DNA from: Octopus bimaculoides
Taxonomy: Eukaryota
NCBI RefSeq assembly: GCF_001194135.2
Contig: NC_068987.1
Coordinates: forward strand, 1,019,351-1,083,350
Reading direction: 5' to 3'
DNA: 64,000 bases
Part shown: positions 52,356 through 64,000 of the stretch, one piece after another
How the letters are laid out: each line of letters starts with the position of its first letter
Numbering within the stretch: the first letter of the stretch is position 1
Notes under the pieces: generated by a model
Databases searched by the model: none
What the model was told of the DNA's origin: nothing
Seen by the model: the letters and a program-made list of their open reading frames with translations, nothing else
Position numbers and translations under genes: made by a program

Positions 52356-52804
52356 GAGAGAAAGAGAGAGATAAATAGATATAGACAGATATATATATAT
52401 ATAAATGTACTTTATATAAATGTATTTACATATCTATGTACATATATATGTGTGTGTGTGCATGTGTACAAATACATATATATGTATATGTGTGCGTGCT
52501 TGTGTATGTGTATATATGTATATGCGTTGATTTGCATATCTTTAGATGAGGAAATGATGTACATGTATAGGCAAAACACTGTTCTATCTACAGGAATATG
52601 AACGGGTATGTTAATGCACGGATCTGTATGCATTTGTGAAAGTGGACGCATCTAAATATTTGTGTGCATGGGGGCGCATCTGTGCGTGGTGTGTGTGTGT
52701 AGGTGGGCGCTGTGCTCCTCTTGCTCTGCTGACGTCAGCCTATGTTAGAATCAGCTTAGTCTTAGACATGAATCTTAATCTCTTGAAGGGGGAAAAAAGC
52801 AACG

Positions 52805-52835
<31 letters not shown>

Positions 52836-52964
52836 AAAACAACAGTAAGACCAAGAACAACATGAGCGATAGTTAACGTTAAAGAAAGCGGGTAAAAAAA
52901 AATAAACTCATACACACATAAACGCACAAAGACACTTATGCAAATACAATAAATAGACACACAG

Positions 52965-53016
<52 letters not shown>

Positions 53017-53424
53017 AGAAACATACACAAACACACACACACGCGCGCACAGAGGCACACTGGCACCCAAAGCTGTCAGACACTTCTGAAATCTATAGAC
53101 TGGATCTTTTACCCTCTTGTATAAAGTGTAGACCGTAGTTTCTGGGACTCTGTGTGTATGTATGTATGTATGTATGTATGTATGTATGTGCGTATATATG
53201 TATGTACTACCTATGTAACTACGCATCTATTCATGTATGTAAATATATATGTATGTTTATAAGTGTGTATTTACTACCTATCTATGTGTGAATATATACG
53301 AGTGTATATGCACGCATGCATGTATATGTATACGTTAGAATTCTTCATACAAAAAGAATTGGTTTCTAACAATAGAAAAAAAAATTTAAAAGCCCATCGC
53401 AAGAATTTTGATAAGAATAACAAG

Positions 53425-53800
53425 TTGAAGGCTAAAAATTCTTACAAATATCTTCTGATCCTTTAAGAGATTGTATTTGTAAAGCTTGTTTGAGCCGGTT
53501 TCTTTCTTCGCCTGAAAACGCTCGCTTTTTCCAAATTGTTACTTAAACATTTAATAACATAACCAAGTACACCAATAGCTGTTAGTACAAATATCAATTT
53601 ATATACAGGGATAGAGGAGTTGCAGCATTCGAAGCAGTTGTCCATGAATATTCTCCTTTTCAATGATTTGCAACGAGATGTTCACATCTGCAGGACAAGT
53701 GACCTATACGACTTTACACAGTTTTTTCTTTCGTCTCGGGTTTGCTGTATTTTGAACTCGCCAGAAGTTTTATTGGGAATGTTCCGTCAGCTCTCCTTAT
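53425..53800 (-). mobile_element. REL-type (R4-like) non-LTR retrotransposon 3' end, a different family from the 24490 and 51640 copies
   Basis: Minus frames KKKLCKVV*VTCPADVNISLQIIEKENIHGQLLRMLQLLYP...IGVLGYVIKCLSNNLEK/FSGEERNRLKQALQIQS..S.DICKNF (ExxCPxDxN...EK..Y...G.LG pattern). Confidence 0.65.
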
Positions 53801-54137
53801 GTATTTATTCTATCATACATTGCTGTTTATATTTGTCCTAAGGCAACATTTTTCTGCTAATATTATTATGCAATTGAGATAATCAAACTACATGAATCAC
53901 TAGGATATGTGTGTGTGTGTGGGTGTATGCCTATAATATTCATATAATATTGATACACTTACACACCAACACACACACCAACATACACACACATACACAC
54001 GGACACACATACATACACACATGGTGGGTTGTCTCGGTTTCAATTCTAGCTAGCAATGTCTTTTTAATGTGTGTTATTTTCTGTTTTATTTTATGCTTTG
54101 TGTTTTGGGATCTACTCTTCCGAAACATTGAATAGGT

Positions 54138-54212
<75 letters not shown>

Positions 54213-55100
54213 TTAGTGTGAGCGCGTGTGTGTGTATGTGTATGCTTGTTTGCATGTATATGTACATACATATATTTATATATATATATACGAAGAGGGG
54301 AATATTTGTCTGCCATTGGTCAAAGCGAGTCACATGTTGATGTTGTTATCAATATGACCACGACATCAGTGCCCGTTCATTATTTCTAGGACTGCGTTGT
54401 TCTGGGACAAAATGTTGGTGACGACACTCTTACCAGAAGCAGAGGCTCAGTTCGCTGGCGACAACAGTTAGCTAATATGCGCGAGCTGCTGTGTGTAAGT
54501 GGATCTATGTATTTAGTATATTCACGTATGTGATTTTGTGCATGTGTGTGTATGAGATTTTGTGTCTTGGCGAAATAAGCTCTTTGTTATATGCATGTGT
54601 GTGTGGACATTATGTGTGCGTGTATGTGAACGTGTGCCTGCTGCGTATATGTGTGTATGTTTATGCGCGCACATATGTGTACGTTTGTATCCGCTGTATT
54701 CGTGCGTTTATTTTACACTCGGGAAATACTGCTGGCTGGAAGAGTGTTTGCGTTTATATCTGTTGCATGTGTGTGTGTGTTAACGGGTGTCTATACGTAT
54801 AGATGTATAGAAATGGTGTTTGTGGGAGCTTCTGGTGTATTGGTCCGTTTTATTTGTTGTCACACACCAGCGGCAGCAATTTGGACAGAACAACCAGATT
54901 TGTTGTTGTATAATGGTTTGGCGGTGCTAGTTGAAGAAAGAATAAAGAAAGACTGGAAGATCTGCATGGTCAAGTGTGTGGCTTGGACATATGGCAGGGG
55001 GTTAAGTACCCTACACTTGTTGATGGATACTGCATATTGGTAGAGAATTTATAATCTCTACAAAACTGTGTCTGTACGAATGCATGTGTGTGTATGTATC

Positions 55101-55145
<45 letters not shown>

Positions 55146-55510
55146 ATTAGTTGTAAATTAAATTACTACAGTATAAGAAAAGCTGTTTTAAGCACTGACA
55201 ATGTATGTGTGCAGGTGTGTATTTGCATATTTACCTATGTATTTTTATGCATACGTATGTAATATTTGTACATTATATATGTATGCATACATATATGAGG
55301 CATGTGAGTGATATACATCTATATACATATAACACACACATAAACATATAAAGTATATGTTACATCGATATTGATCGTACTAGCCTGTGTATGTTTTTAA
55401 AACTTGGATGATCTATAAACTCACACACACATACACACATACATACACACACATGCAGGCATATATACATGCTTACATATACATATACATATATATCTAT
55501 GAATCTCTCT

Positions 55511-55566
<56 letters not shown>

Positions 55567-55960
55567 GCACACACACATACACAGACGCATATATGTATAT
55601 ACATGTATGTATATTGTATGTATGTATGTGTGTATGTATGTATGTATGTATGTATGTACACACAGTTAGACTAAGCAACAAGGAACAAGTAGATAGCTGC
55701 ACTGTTTCATCAATGGTTGTAATTCAAAATGGCCGAAATGTTTAATAAAAATGATTTGCTGTCGTCGTTTGGGGAATTTTGTTGGAATATTTACAGAAAC
55801 TTTCGCAACGTTGTAGTTTGGGCTGTTAATAGATGTTATGAATTATCTTATTGGAGGTTGAAGTAAATAATAATAATAACAACAACAACAACAACATTAT
55901 TAGTATAGAAATAATATTTATAATAATAATAATAATGATATTACAATACAGAAAAATACT

Positions 55961-56012
<52 letters not shown>

Positions 56013-57300
56013 TGGTTGTATTTTTTAGCACAAAGTGTTTACCAATCGATCAAGATGTATAGAAGAGAACAGAGTTTCATTACATAACAACAATAGCTGT
56101 GTCAACAACTCCAGCTGGAACAAGCTTTGGGTACATCAGCAAATAAACTGGCGTTACATATAGGCTGTCCTTATATATATATATATGAACAACCGTTTTT
56201 ATAGAAATGTAAATAACTGATTCGCTTTTCGTCGCTGACGAAGCGTAATGATGCAAAGCCCTATGCGTCCTACGACCCGGTGATGCCATTCGTAGAGCAG
56301 TATATGTTTCGCTCCATTAATGTCTGTGACTTGTATTTTCTCCCGACATTATTTAGACAGCAAAATGTCTATATCCACCATCCACGATAAAATGTACACG
56401 AATGTGTTAAATATGATTGTTCCACATATGTTTTTCTTGTAAAAGATTTCTTTCGTTTCTATATTGGAAACTATGTTATCCAAATTTCTTTGGTGATTCA
56501 AAAGAGTTGTGTAGAATTCCGAGACTTTGACTGCTATTTTAAGCTGGTCAAAGAAGCACCCTTAGAAAAAGTTGTATACAATGACTTCAAGAAGGTATTT
56601 ATATCAGCGACAAATGATGTTTAAAGATGGTCACAGTCGCCATATTAACGACGTCTGTATTTTGTATTTTTATCGATATACTGACAGCTAAATAATATAT
56701 TATGGCAATTGCGGTGGACATCTTCTCAAATGGCTGATATCCAGGTCATGACGGAGTGTGAATATTAACGTCGTTTCAATGATAATAATACGTCATATAA
56801 CTGTAGCTATTGTCTCATTTGTCATAGACGATGGCATGCGCAGCATTAATTCACCAGTCTATGATATTGTTGTTGTTATTATTACAATATCTCATATTCT
56901 ATATATTAACATAAATTAATAGGAGATATCTATTTTTCTAGCAATATTTTATTAAAGCGAAAGGAGTAAAAATGGTAAGACCAACAGACAACATTTTAGC
57001 CAGCTCTTTCGTTTCAATGCTTTGGTCTGGAGGACGTATTCGTGCCTGTGCTGTCCAAGACATCTCTGAGACGACTGTGGTCGACGTTGTTGATGTTCCT
57101 CTTGTATAGAACTGAAAGTTGATGTGTTCTAAATAAAAATATACTTCCATTTATGTTCAGAGTCTTTAAAGGGCCCAGGGGAATACCTTCGTGCTACTTG
57201 TTCTTTTATCTGAGCTGCTGCAACTATGCAAAGACACCAGAAGCCGCCTCATGTTCAACAAATACCCGTGTAAACAAAGACATTTCTACTGCATAAATAT

Positions 57301-57625
57301 GGGCGCCAATGTGGCTGTGTGGTAAGAAGTTTGCGGCTTAACCACATGATTCCGGGTTCAGTGGCACCTTGGGAAGGTGTCTTCTACTTCAGCCTCGGGC
57401 CGACGAAACACTTGTGAATAGATTTGGTCGACGGAAAACGAAAGCCTTTCATATGCGCGCGCGCGTATCTATCTGCCTGCCTGTCTGTCTGTCTTTATGT
57501 CTCCGTCTGTCCCCTTCCATCGGTTAACAACCGCTGTTTAGGGTGTTTACGTCCCTGTAACGTAGTGCTTCGACAAGAAGTACCGCGCTTGCCAAAAATA
57601 GAAAAAATAGCCCAGGAGGTATGAG
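57301..57625 (+). mobile_element. tRNA-type SINE, family A
   Basis: gtggctgtgtggtaagaagtttg...ccgggttcagtggcaccttgggaaggtgtcttctact...gatttggtcgacggaaa...gtttacgtccctgtaac. Confidence 0.85.
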
Positions 57626-58303
57626 AGGTGACTATATCTAACCAGTTGATATCCGCAGGAATACGACCGTTTCGTTGCCCTCATCACGTGATACTAACTT
57701 TGGTGTATAATAAATCATTTTACACATTTGCGCCAATACGCATGATATATATTGCATTTTACAAATGTACACTTAGAGAAATAGAAAACTAGCTCTTCAA
57801 GTCGTCAGAATATCATTGCTACACAGATGCTTCAACTTGATGGTCATGCTTGGACTGTCTTTGATCATAGTTTTATTCAGTTAGTTCTGATCTGGCTCTA
57901 AACAACCGGAAGAGCATAACCGGTTGCTACCATCGTTTCTCCCCTCCCTTCAATCGACTCAGCTGTTGACGAAGATCGAAGTGGAGATGGCTTTATACTT
58001 CTTTAATTTATCGAGAAATAATTTGTCAGAAGATAACGATCGATATTGCATGAAAGAATTCAGAGTGTCATAATAATATGAAAAGAAAAATAAACAGTTA
58101 TAAACAATTCTATATACACCCAGCTATGTGGATATGTGTGAGTGTAGGTTCGTAAAAGAATATATACTAGTTTGGTGCGTGTATATTATAAATACAGAAT
58201 TTAAGAATATTTTTGGCATCGCTATATCTCGGTTTATTGATGTAACAGTGTATTGGAATAATACTCTGGCCAACTACTAACCTCTCTCTCTCTTTCTCTC
58301 TCC

Positions 58304-58347
<44 letters not shown>

Positions 58348-58408
58348 ATCTATCTATGTCTCCTTCCCTTTCTCTACAGTTCTCTCTTTCGCTCTCTGTA
58401 CATACATA

Positions 58409-58453
<45 letters not shown>

Positions 58454-58745
58454 TTATATTATATACATATATGTATATATGTATATATATATAACCTGTT
58501 TGTTTGTGATGTGTCTATTTGTCTATTTATGCTAATAGAGATAATAATTACAACATATCTACAACACAAATTTACACTCTTCCATGAACACATACTCATA
58601 TTTATGTTTGTTCACGAATATATTATATATAAAATAAACATCTATATTTCATAGCCAGCATACACACACACACACACACACACACACATTTATATATATA
58701 TATGCATGATAGTTAAGTCTACGTATATATATATATATATGCTTG

Positions 58746-58797
<52 letters not shown>

Positions 58798-59699
58798 CAA
58801 AGATACATATGTATATATGGATACATTTCTCTAACTATATATGCATATGTGTGTGTGTGTGTGTGTGTATAGGTGTGTGAAAGTAAAATAATAAGTGAGA
58901 GAAATGGGACAGGGAGAGAGATATGGTGTATGCACGTACAGGAATACATATATATATATATATCTGAGGGAGTGTGCTGGTGTATATGTGAGTGCGTGTG
59001 TGTGTGTGTATGTATATATACAGAACATAGATTCAACTGATTAAATTGATGTCATGGCTGCATAAATCTTGGCGTTAGAATTCTCTTGGAGATTTCTTTC
59101 TTTCTTTGCCTTTATTTCGAAATATGTTCTCCAGTGAAGTGTGATCGTCATTTCCCGAAACATCACACAAGAATCGCAGTAAATCATTTCTTCATAGAAT
59201 CTTCCATTTTGCCATCTTTCATTTAATTTAGAAGAATCATCTTTAAACATTCATTTCAAGACATTCTTAGAAATATTTCGATATTTCTCTCTTTATCAAA
59301 TATATTTGTTTGTCTTTCTCTTTACGAATATATTACAATATATTTGTATTAAAAACTCTCTTACATTTCTAGGTCTCTTCACCTTCAATGAATCATCTTT
59401 TGTTGTTGCTCGAGTCGTTGTTTTTCTTTTTGTTGTTCTTTTATTTTTCAGGTTCTTGTTTAGCCCAAGGTCAGACTTGATCAGCATTCTATCGACAAAT
59501 ACCCTGCATTTTTCTCCTTCGTCATAAAAGAACTTCAATACAATAACATATTGTAACTAAGACAACCTGCAATTTCCTTTTCTTTTTTAAGAGAGGAAAT
59601 GATTTCAAGGTGATTTAGCTGTTTTAACTAGCACATCAGCTGATCCTATGGTCTCAGCCACTGTTGGTTGAGAAATATTGTTGTTGTTTAGTCTTGATC

Positions 59700-60330
59700 C
59701 AACAGGTGTTCTTTGAGTTGTTTCCATGTAGTTCGGTCTCTAGAATGAATTCTTGGGATATGTCTTTTGGTAGTTGTTTCTCTACTGCAATATCTTGGAG
59801 TTTTTTTTTTCTTGCGTTGTTATGTTCGTTTGTTTTTCTTCATTCTCATAGTTTCTGGCGGAGATTCTCTTTCAAAGAAATTTCTTGCTGTCGTGATGTC
59901 CCAAGTCAGACTTGAACGACTATAATCCAGAGAAATACAAACTTAAAGAAGAACTCTTTGACAGTATATGTTTATTGTGGGGAAGTTACCTGACCTGAGA
60001 TATGAGAGGAACGTCTTTGGTATAGGAGGGATGTGTCAATAGGAAACGCTTAAACAAAACATTTGATGGATTTATTACACATCATCCGGCGAGGCAAATC
60101 TACGGTGGTTAGAATATACCACTGGACTAAAGCTTTAGTTAAAATACTAGAGATTTTATTCTCATCGTACATGTCCAGCATTTGGCTAAAAGAAGCATGC
60201 TGGTCAGTCTCATCCAGAAATGAACTTCGACGAAAATTTCTCTGAAAGATCAACAGAGCAGGCGGCCACCTTGTCTGACTACAGTGTAATCCTGACATTG
60301 ATGGTTTGTACAATGACTGACATTGATGGT
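59700..60330 (-). mobile_element. possible decayed RTE-like LINE 3' region
   Basis: Weak peptide echoes only (QRNFRR..., ISSILTKALVQW ~ SIESMLxKAQLRW). Confidence 0.3.
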
Positions 60331-60655
60331 TTGTAAAAATGAGGTGGTTCATCGGTTGCCAGCATTGTCTTCACGGTTGGGTGTGATACAATACCCAAAC
60401 TATGCAGCGTTGTCTTTTAACAAATCTGAATATTATAATATACTTCAATCTGATCATTGTCAGCTAATATTTTATAGTCACACGCAAAATAAAGATCTCA
60501 ATCTAATTTTTCTTGCATCCTCTGTTATCACATCAACGCTTCTTAATTTCTCCCATTTCTTCTTGCATGCACATGGCGGAAAGACGGTTTCCTGAAAAAC
60601 CTTTTTGTAACCTCTTCATCCAACACATTTGAAAGCTCTTACACAATCCTTCATT

Positions 60656-60825
<170 letters not shown>

Positions 60826-61720
60826 ACATACTTCTTAACCTTAAATTTTTCAGAGATCTTTTAGAAGTTTTACGTTATTTTACTTTTTAATTTCCACAAA
60901 TTTCATTCCATGTAACAATCATTCTTTCCCAATTTATTCTAATCTCTCCATTATCAAATTTCACCTTACCCCACCCTCAACATCCCCACCGCCACCACAC
61001 AGATCATGGCATCTTCTGTTTCCTTTAGTCATGGACCATTATTCTTTCCTTGATCTCATTCTTTCATGCTGTTCTCGGTTATCCATTCACAGTTTTTCTT
61101 TTCAATCCTTTCGACATACACTTTTTTAAAAAATTTCTTTTCCTTTTTACATCTTTTTTATATTCATCTTTCATTCTGTTGACATTTCTGCTTCCATTAT
61201 CCATTTTCAGGAATAAACTGTCAATTCTTGTTTCTTTACTGAACAGAAGAAACTCTCTATGGAATCACTTAATCATTTCTAGATCTGCTTTACTGAATTT
61301 AACCTGATTCATCACAGACTATGTCACAGAAACTACTTGGCAATTTATGGAATTCTTGAGATTTTTCTAGTTCCAGTTTGGCGATATTTTGAATTATGGT
61401 TCCCTATTTCAACAGAATACTTTACCATTATTTTATCAATTGCCCCCTATTCACTATCGACAACCGTTTATACTATATTCCTGTTAAGTCCATTAATTAT
61501 GGCTGCCAATATCTACAGCTTGCTGTTTTCACCATTCCAGTTCCCTTTAGAATTTCTCTGGAAATATATTTATTTATTTATTTCTCGTCGCAAGTCACTG
61601 TTTCCATCCATTTATAAGAACAAGGAAGTGTATGTAACTCGTTGCAAAACATGTTCGTGCTATAGCAATGGTAAAAGACACACACATACACTCATTCACA
61701 CACACACACACACGCACACG

Positions 61721-61772
<52 letters not shown>

Positions 61773-62034
61773 TTCTACCAGACACTATACCAATTCACTG
61801 CTTCTATGAGACATTATAGGTGTAGAATTACGTCTTCATCGTAAGTTGAGGCACAATATGTGTGTGTGTGTATACAATGATATGCATTTGCCATATCCAT
61901 TTCGTGTAGAATCGTTCTCTTCACCGATTTCATTACATTTCTATTTCACAGACGATGGTTTCGTCTTGAAATTGTTTGATCATTCTTAAATATTTAATTG
62001 AGAACTCCAGTTGAAATATTCTGGTGTAATACCA

Positions 62035-62190
62035 GCAATTTTAGGGGGAAAGGATTTATACCATTACATCGATCCCGGTACTTGAATAATATTTAAATTT
62101 ATCGACCCTGGAGGGATAAGATTTAGAGTTGAGCGCTGTGCGATTTGAACTCAGAACGTAAAGTGTTGGAAGAAATATCGTAAATCAGCT
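62035..62190 (-). mobile_element. SINE family B, diverged
   Basis: attacatcgatcccggtac...tttatcgaccc...gatttgaactcagaacgtaaag is the reverse complement of family B. Confidence 0.7.
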
Positions 62191-62668
62191 TCCGCCACGC
62201 ATTCTATGAATTTCTGTTGGCTAAATTCCACTCACAAGGCATATTCGAAGAATTACGCAAGATGTCGCATCATGGCATTAAATTCACAAGTATAGTTCAT
62301 ACTCGAAGAAAATTTATACACACATGCTTGTATGTGTGTGTGTGTGTGTGTGTATGTGTGTGATATATGAGATCTTAAAGAATAGTTTATTGATGATTGT
62401 ATGACACTGTATACTATTTATATGATGTGTAAATTTGAAGGGGAAATACACAGACAACTCTAGCAGGTTTTGAACTCACGGCATAAGAGCCGAGATCAGC
62501 TGCTGTGACGACTTTTGTCCTATTTTCATTGGTTGTGAAGATGATATCTTACTAAATCTACTGAGACGAACGTCAAGGAAACTGTAAGAATGTAATGGCA
62601 TCCGCTTAAACAATCACAGACACATATAAACACACATGCACACTCATGCACAAGTGAAGGTACATATG

Positions 62669-62699
<31 letters not shown>

Positions 62700-63141
62700 N
62701 NNNNNNNNNNNNNNNNNNNNNNNNNNNNNNNNNNNNNNNNNNNNNNNNNNNNNNNNNNNNNNNNNNNNNNNNNNNNNNNNNNNNNNNNNNNNNNNNNNNN
62801 NNNNNNNNNNNNNNNNNNNNNNNNNNNNNNNNNNNNNNNNNNNNNNNNNNNNNNNNNNNNNNNNNNNNNNNNNNNNNNNNNNNNNNNNNNNNNNNNNNNN
62901 NNNNNNNNNNNNNNNNNNNNNNNNNNNNNNNNNNNNNNNNNNNNNNNNNNNNNNNNNNNNNNNNNNNNNNNNNNNNNNNNNNNNNNNNNNNNNNNNNNNN
63001 NNNNNNNNNNNNNNNNNNNNNNNNNNNNNNNNNNNNNNNNNNNNNNNNNNNNNNNNNNNNNNNNNNNNNNNNNNNNNNNNNNNNNNNNNNNNNNNNNNNN
63101 NNNNNNNNNNNNNNNNNNNNNNNNNNNNNNNNNNNNNNNNN
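62700..63141. other. assembly gap (N)
   Basis: N run flanked by (TA)n. Confidence 1.
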
Positions 63142-63176
<35 letters not shown>

Positions 63177-63696
63177 CACACATACACACACGCATATATA
63201 TATATACATATTTTCACGTACAGGCATATATATATATATATATATATATGTATACACAAACACGTGAATGCATATACGTGCATATATTTATATAAGTATA
63301 TACAAAAGGAGAGGGGAAAGATAAGAGGTACACAACCAGATAGATAGATAGATAGATAGAGGGACGGAGGGGAGTAGAAAGAGAGAGAGAGAGTTGGGGA
63401 GACGGACATATTGAATAATGTGAGATAGAATTATTAGCAGGAACGGATGTCCAAATGTTTGACAGTCGACTCCGAGAAAGTGTAAATATTTCGTGCGAGA
63501 ATCCTCTCTGTAGAACTGACGTTAGTCAAGAATTGGTGACGTGTGAACTATTCCAACTTGCTGTTCTTTATATTTACTGGATGACGTTCGAGACAAGGCA
63601 CTGGCGAATGGCAAAATGGAGAAGAATCTTTGGTAGAGGAAACATGGACGCTGTTGGAAACTTTGAATGATATCAGTCATTATTACATTGTTTAAT

Positions 63697-63910
63697 AAGG
63701 TGGCTGTGTGGCAGACTCGTTAGCAGGCTGGACGAAATGCTTAGCGGCATTTCGCCCATCGCTACGTTCTTAGTTCAAATCCCGCCGAGGCCGACTTTGC
63801 CTTTCATCTTTTCATGGCTCAGTAAATTGAGGGAAGCATTGGAGTTGATGTATTCAACTAACACCTCTCTTCCAAAATTTCAGGCCTTGTGACTATATTG
63901 GAAACGATTA
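63697..63910 (+). mobile_element. SINE family B
   Basis: aaggtggctgtgtggcagactcgttagc...aaatgcttagcggcatttcg...agttcaaatcccgccgaggccgactttgcctttcatc. Confidence 0.85.
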
Positions 63911-63945
63911 TGGCATTGCTTATTCATATCGTGTCATTATTGCAC

Positions 63946-64000
63946 GCAGGAGTGGCTGTGTGGTGAGAAGTTTGCGCCCCAAACACATGGTCCTGCGTTC
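63946..64000 (+). mobile_element. SINE family A 5' head, truncated by the window end
   Basis: gcaggagtggctgtgtggtgagaagtttgcg...cacatggtcc matches the starts of the 33369 and 57301 copies. Confidence 0.75.

Overview
This is repeat-saturated, AT-rich eukaryotic DNA with no intact protein-coding gene that I can support. About 4.9 kb is N gaps, nearly all flanked by (TA)n, (CA)n or (GA)n. Almost every ORF in the supplied track is translated microsatellite or gap. The microsatellite density and SINE set look like a cephalopod (Octopus-type) draft assembly; that is inferred from the repeat landscape, not from a search. Recognisable content is a transposon graveyard: a mariner transposase pseudogene; several Penelope-like element (PLE) RT and GIY-YIG remnants; R4/Dong-clade, HERO-like and RTE LINE 3' ends; a Helitron PIF1 helicase fragment; three families of tRNA-type SINEs; and small fold-back elements. 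The best non-obvious signal is a nearly textbook type I hammerhead ribozyme on the minus strand (36731-36819). It has an unusually long stem II and a self-complementary stem III. At least five more degenerate hammerhead-like motifs occur, several just downstream of PLE endonuclease remnants. Other items worth checking: Dong-like insertions in a (TAA)n tract, a 195-bp higher-order period hidden in a (TTA)n array, a 233-bp palindrome, a dense GTGAC motif cluster and a possible 24-nt microexon. All peptide-family calls are by-eye motif recognition and need BLAST/HMM confirmation. I found no evidence for a wholly new multi-gene system.
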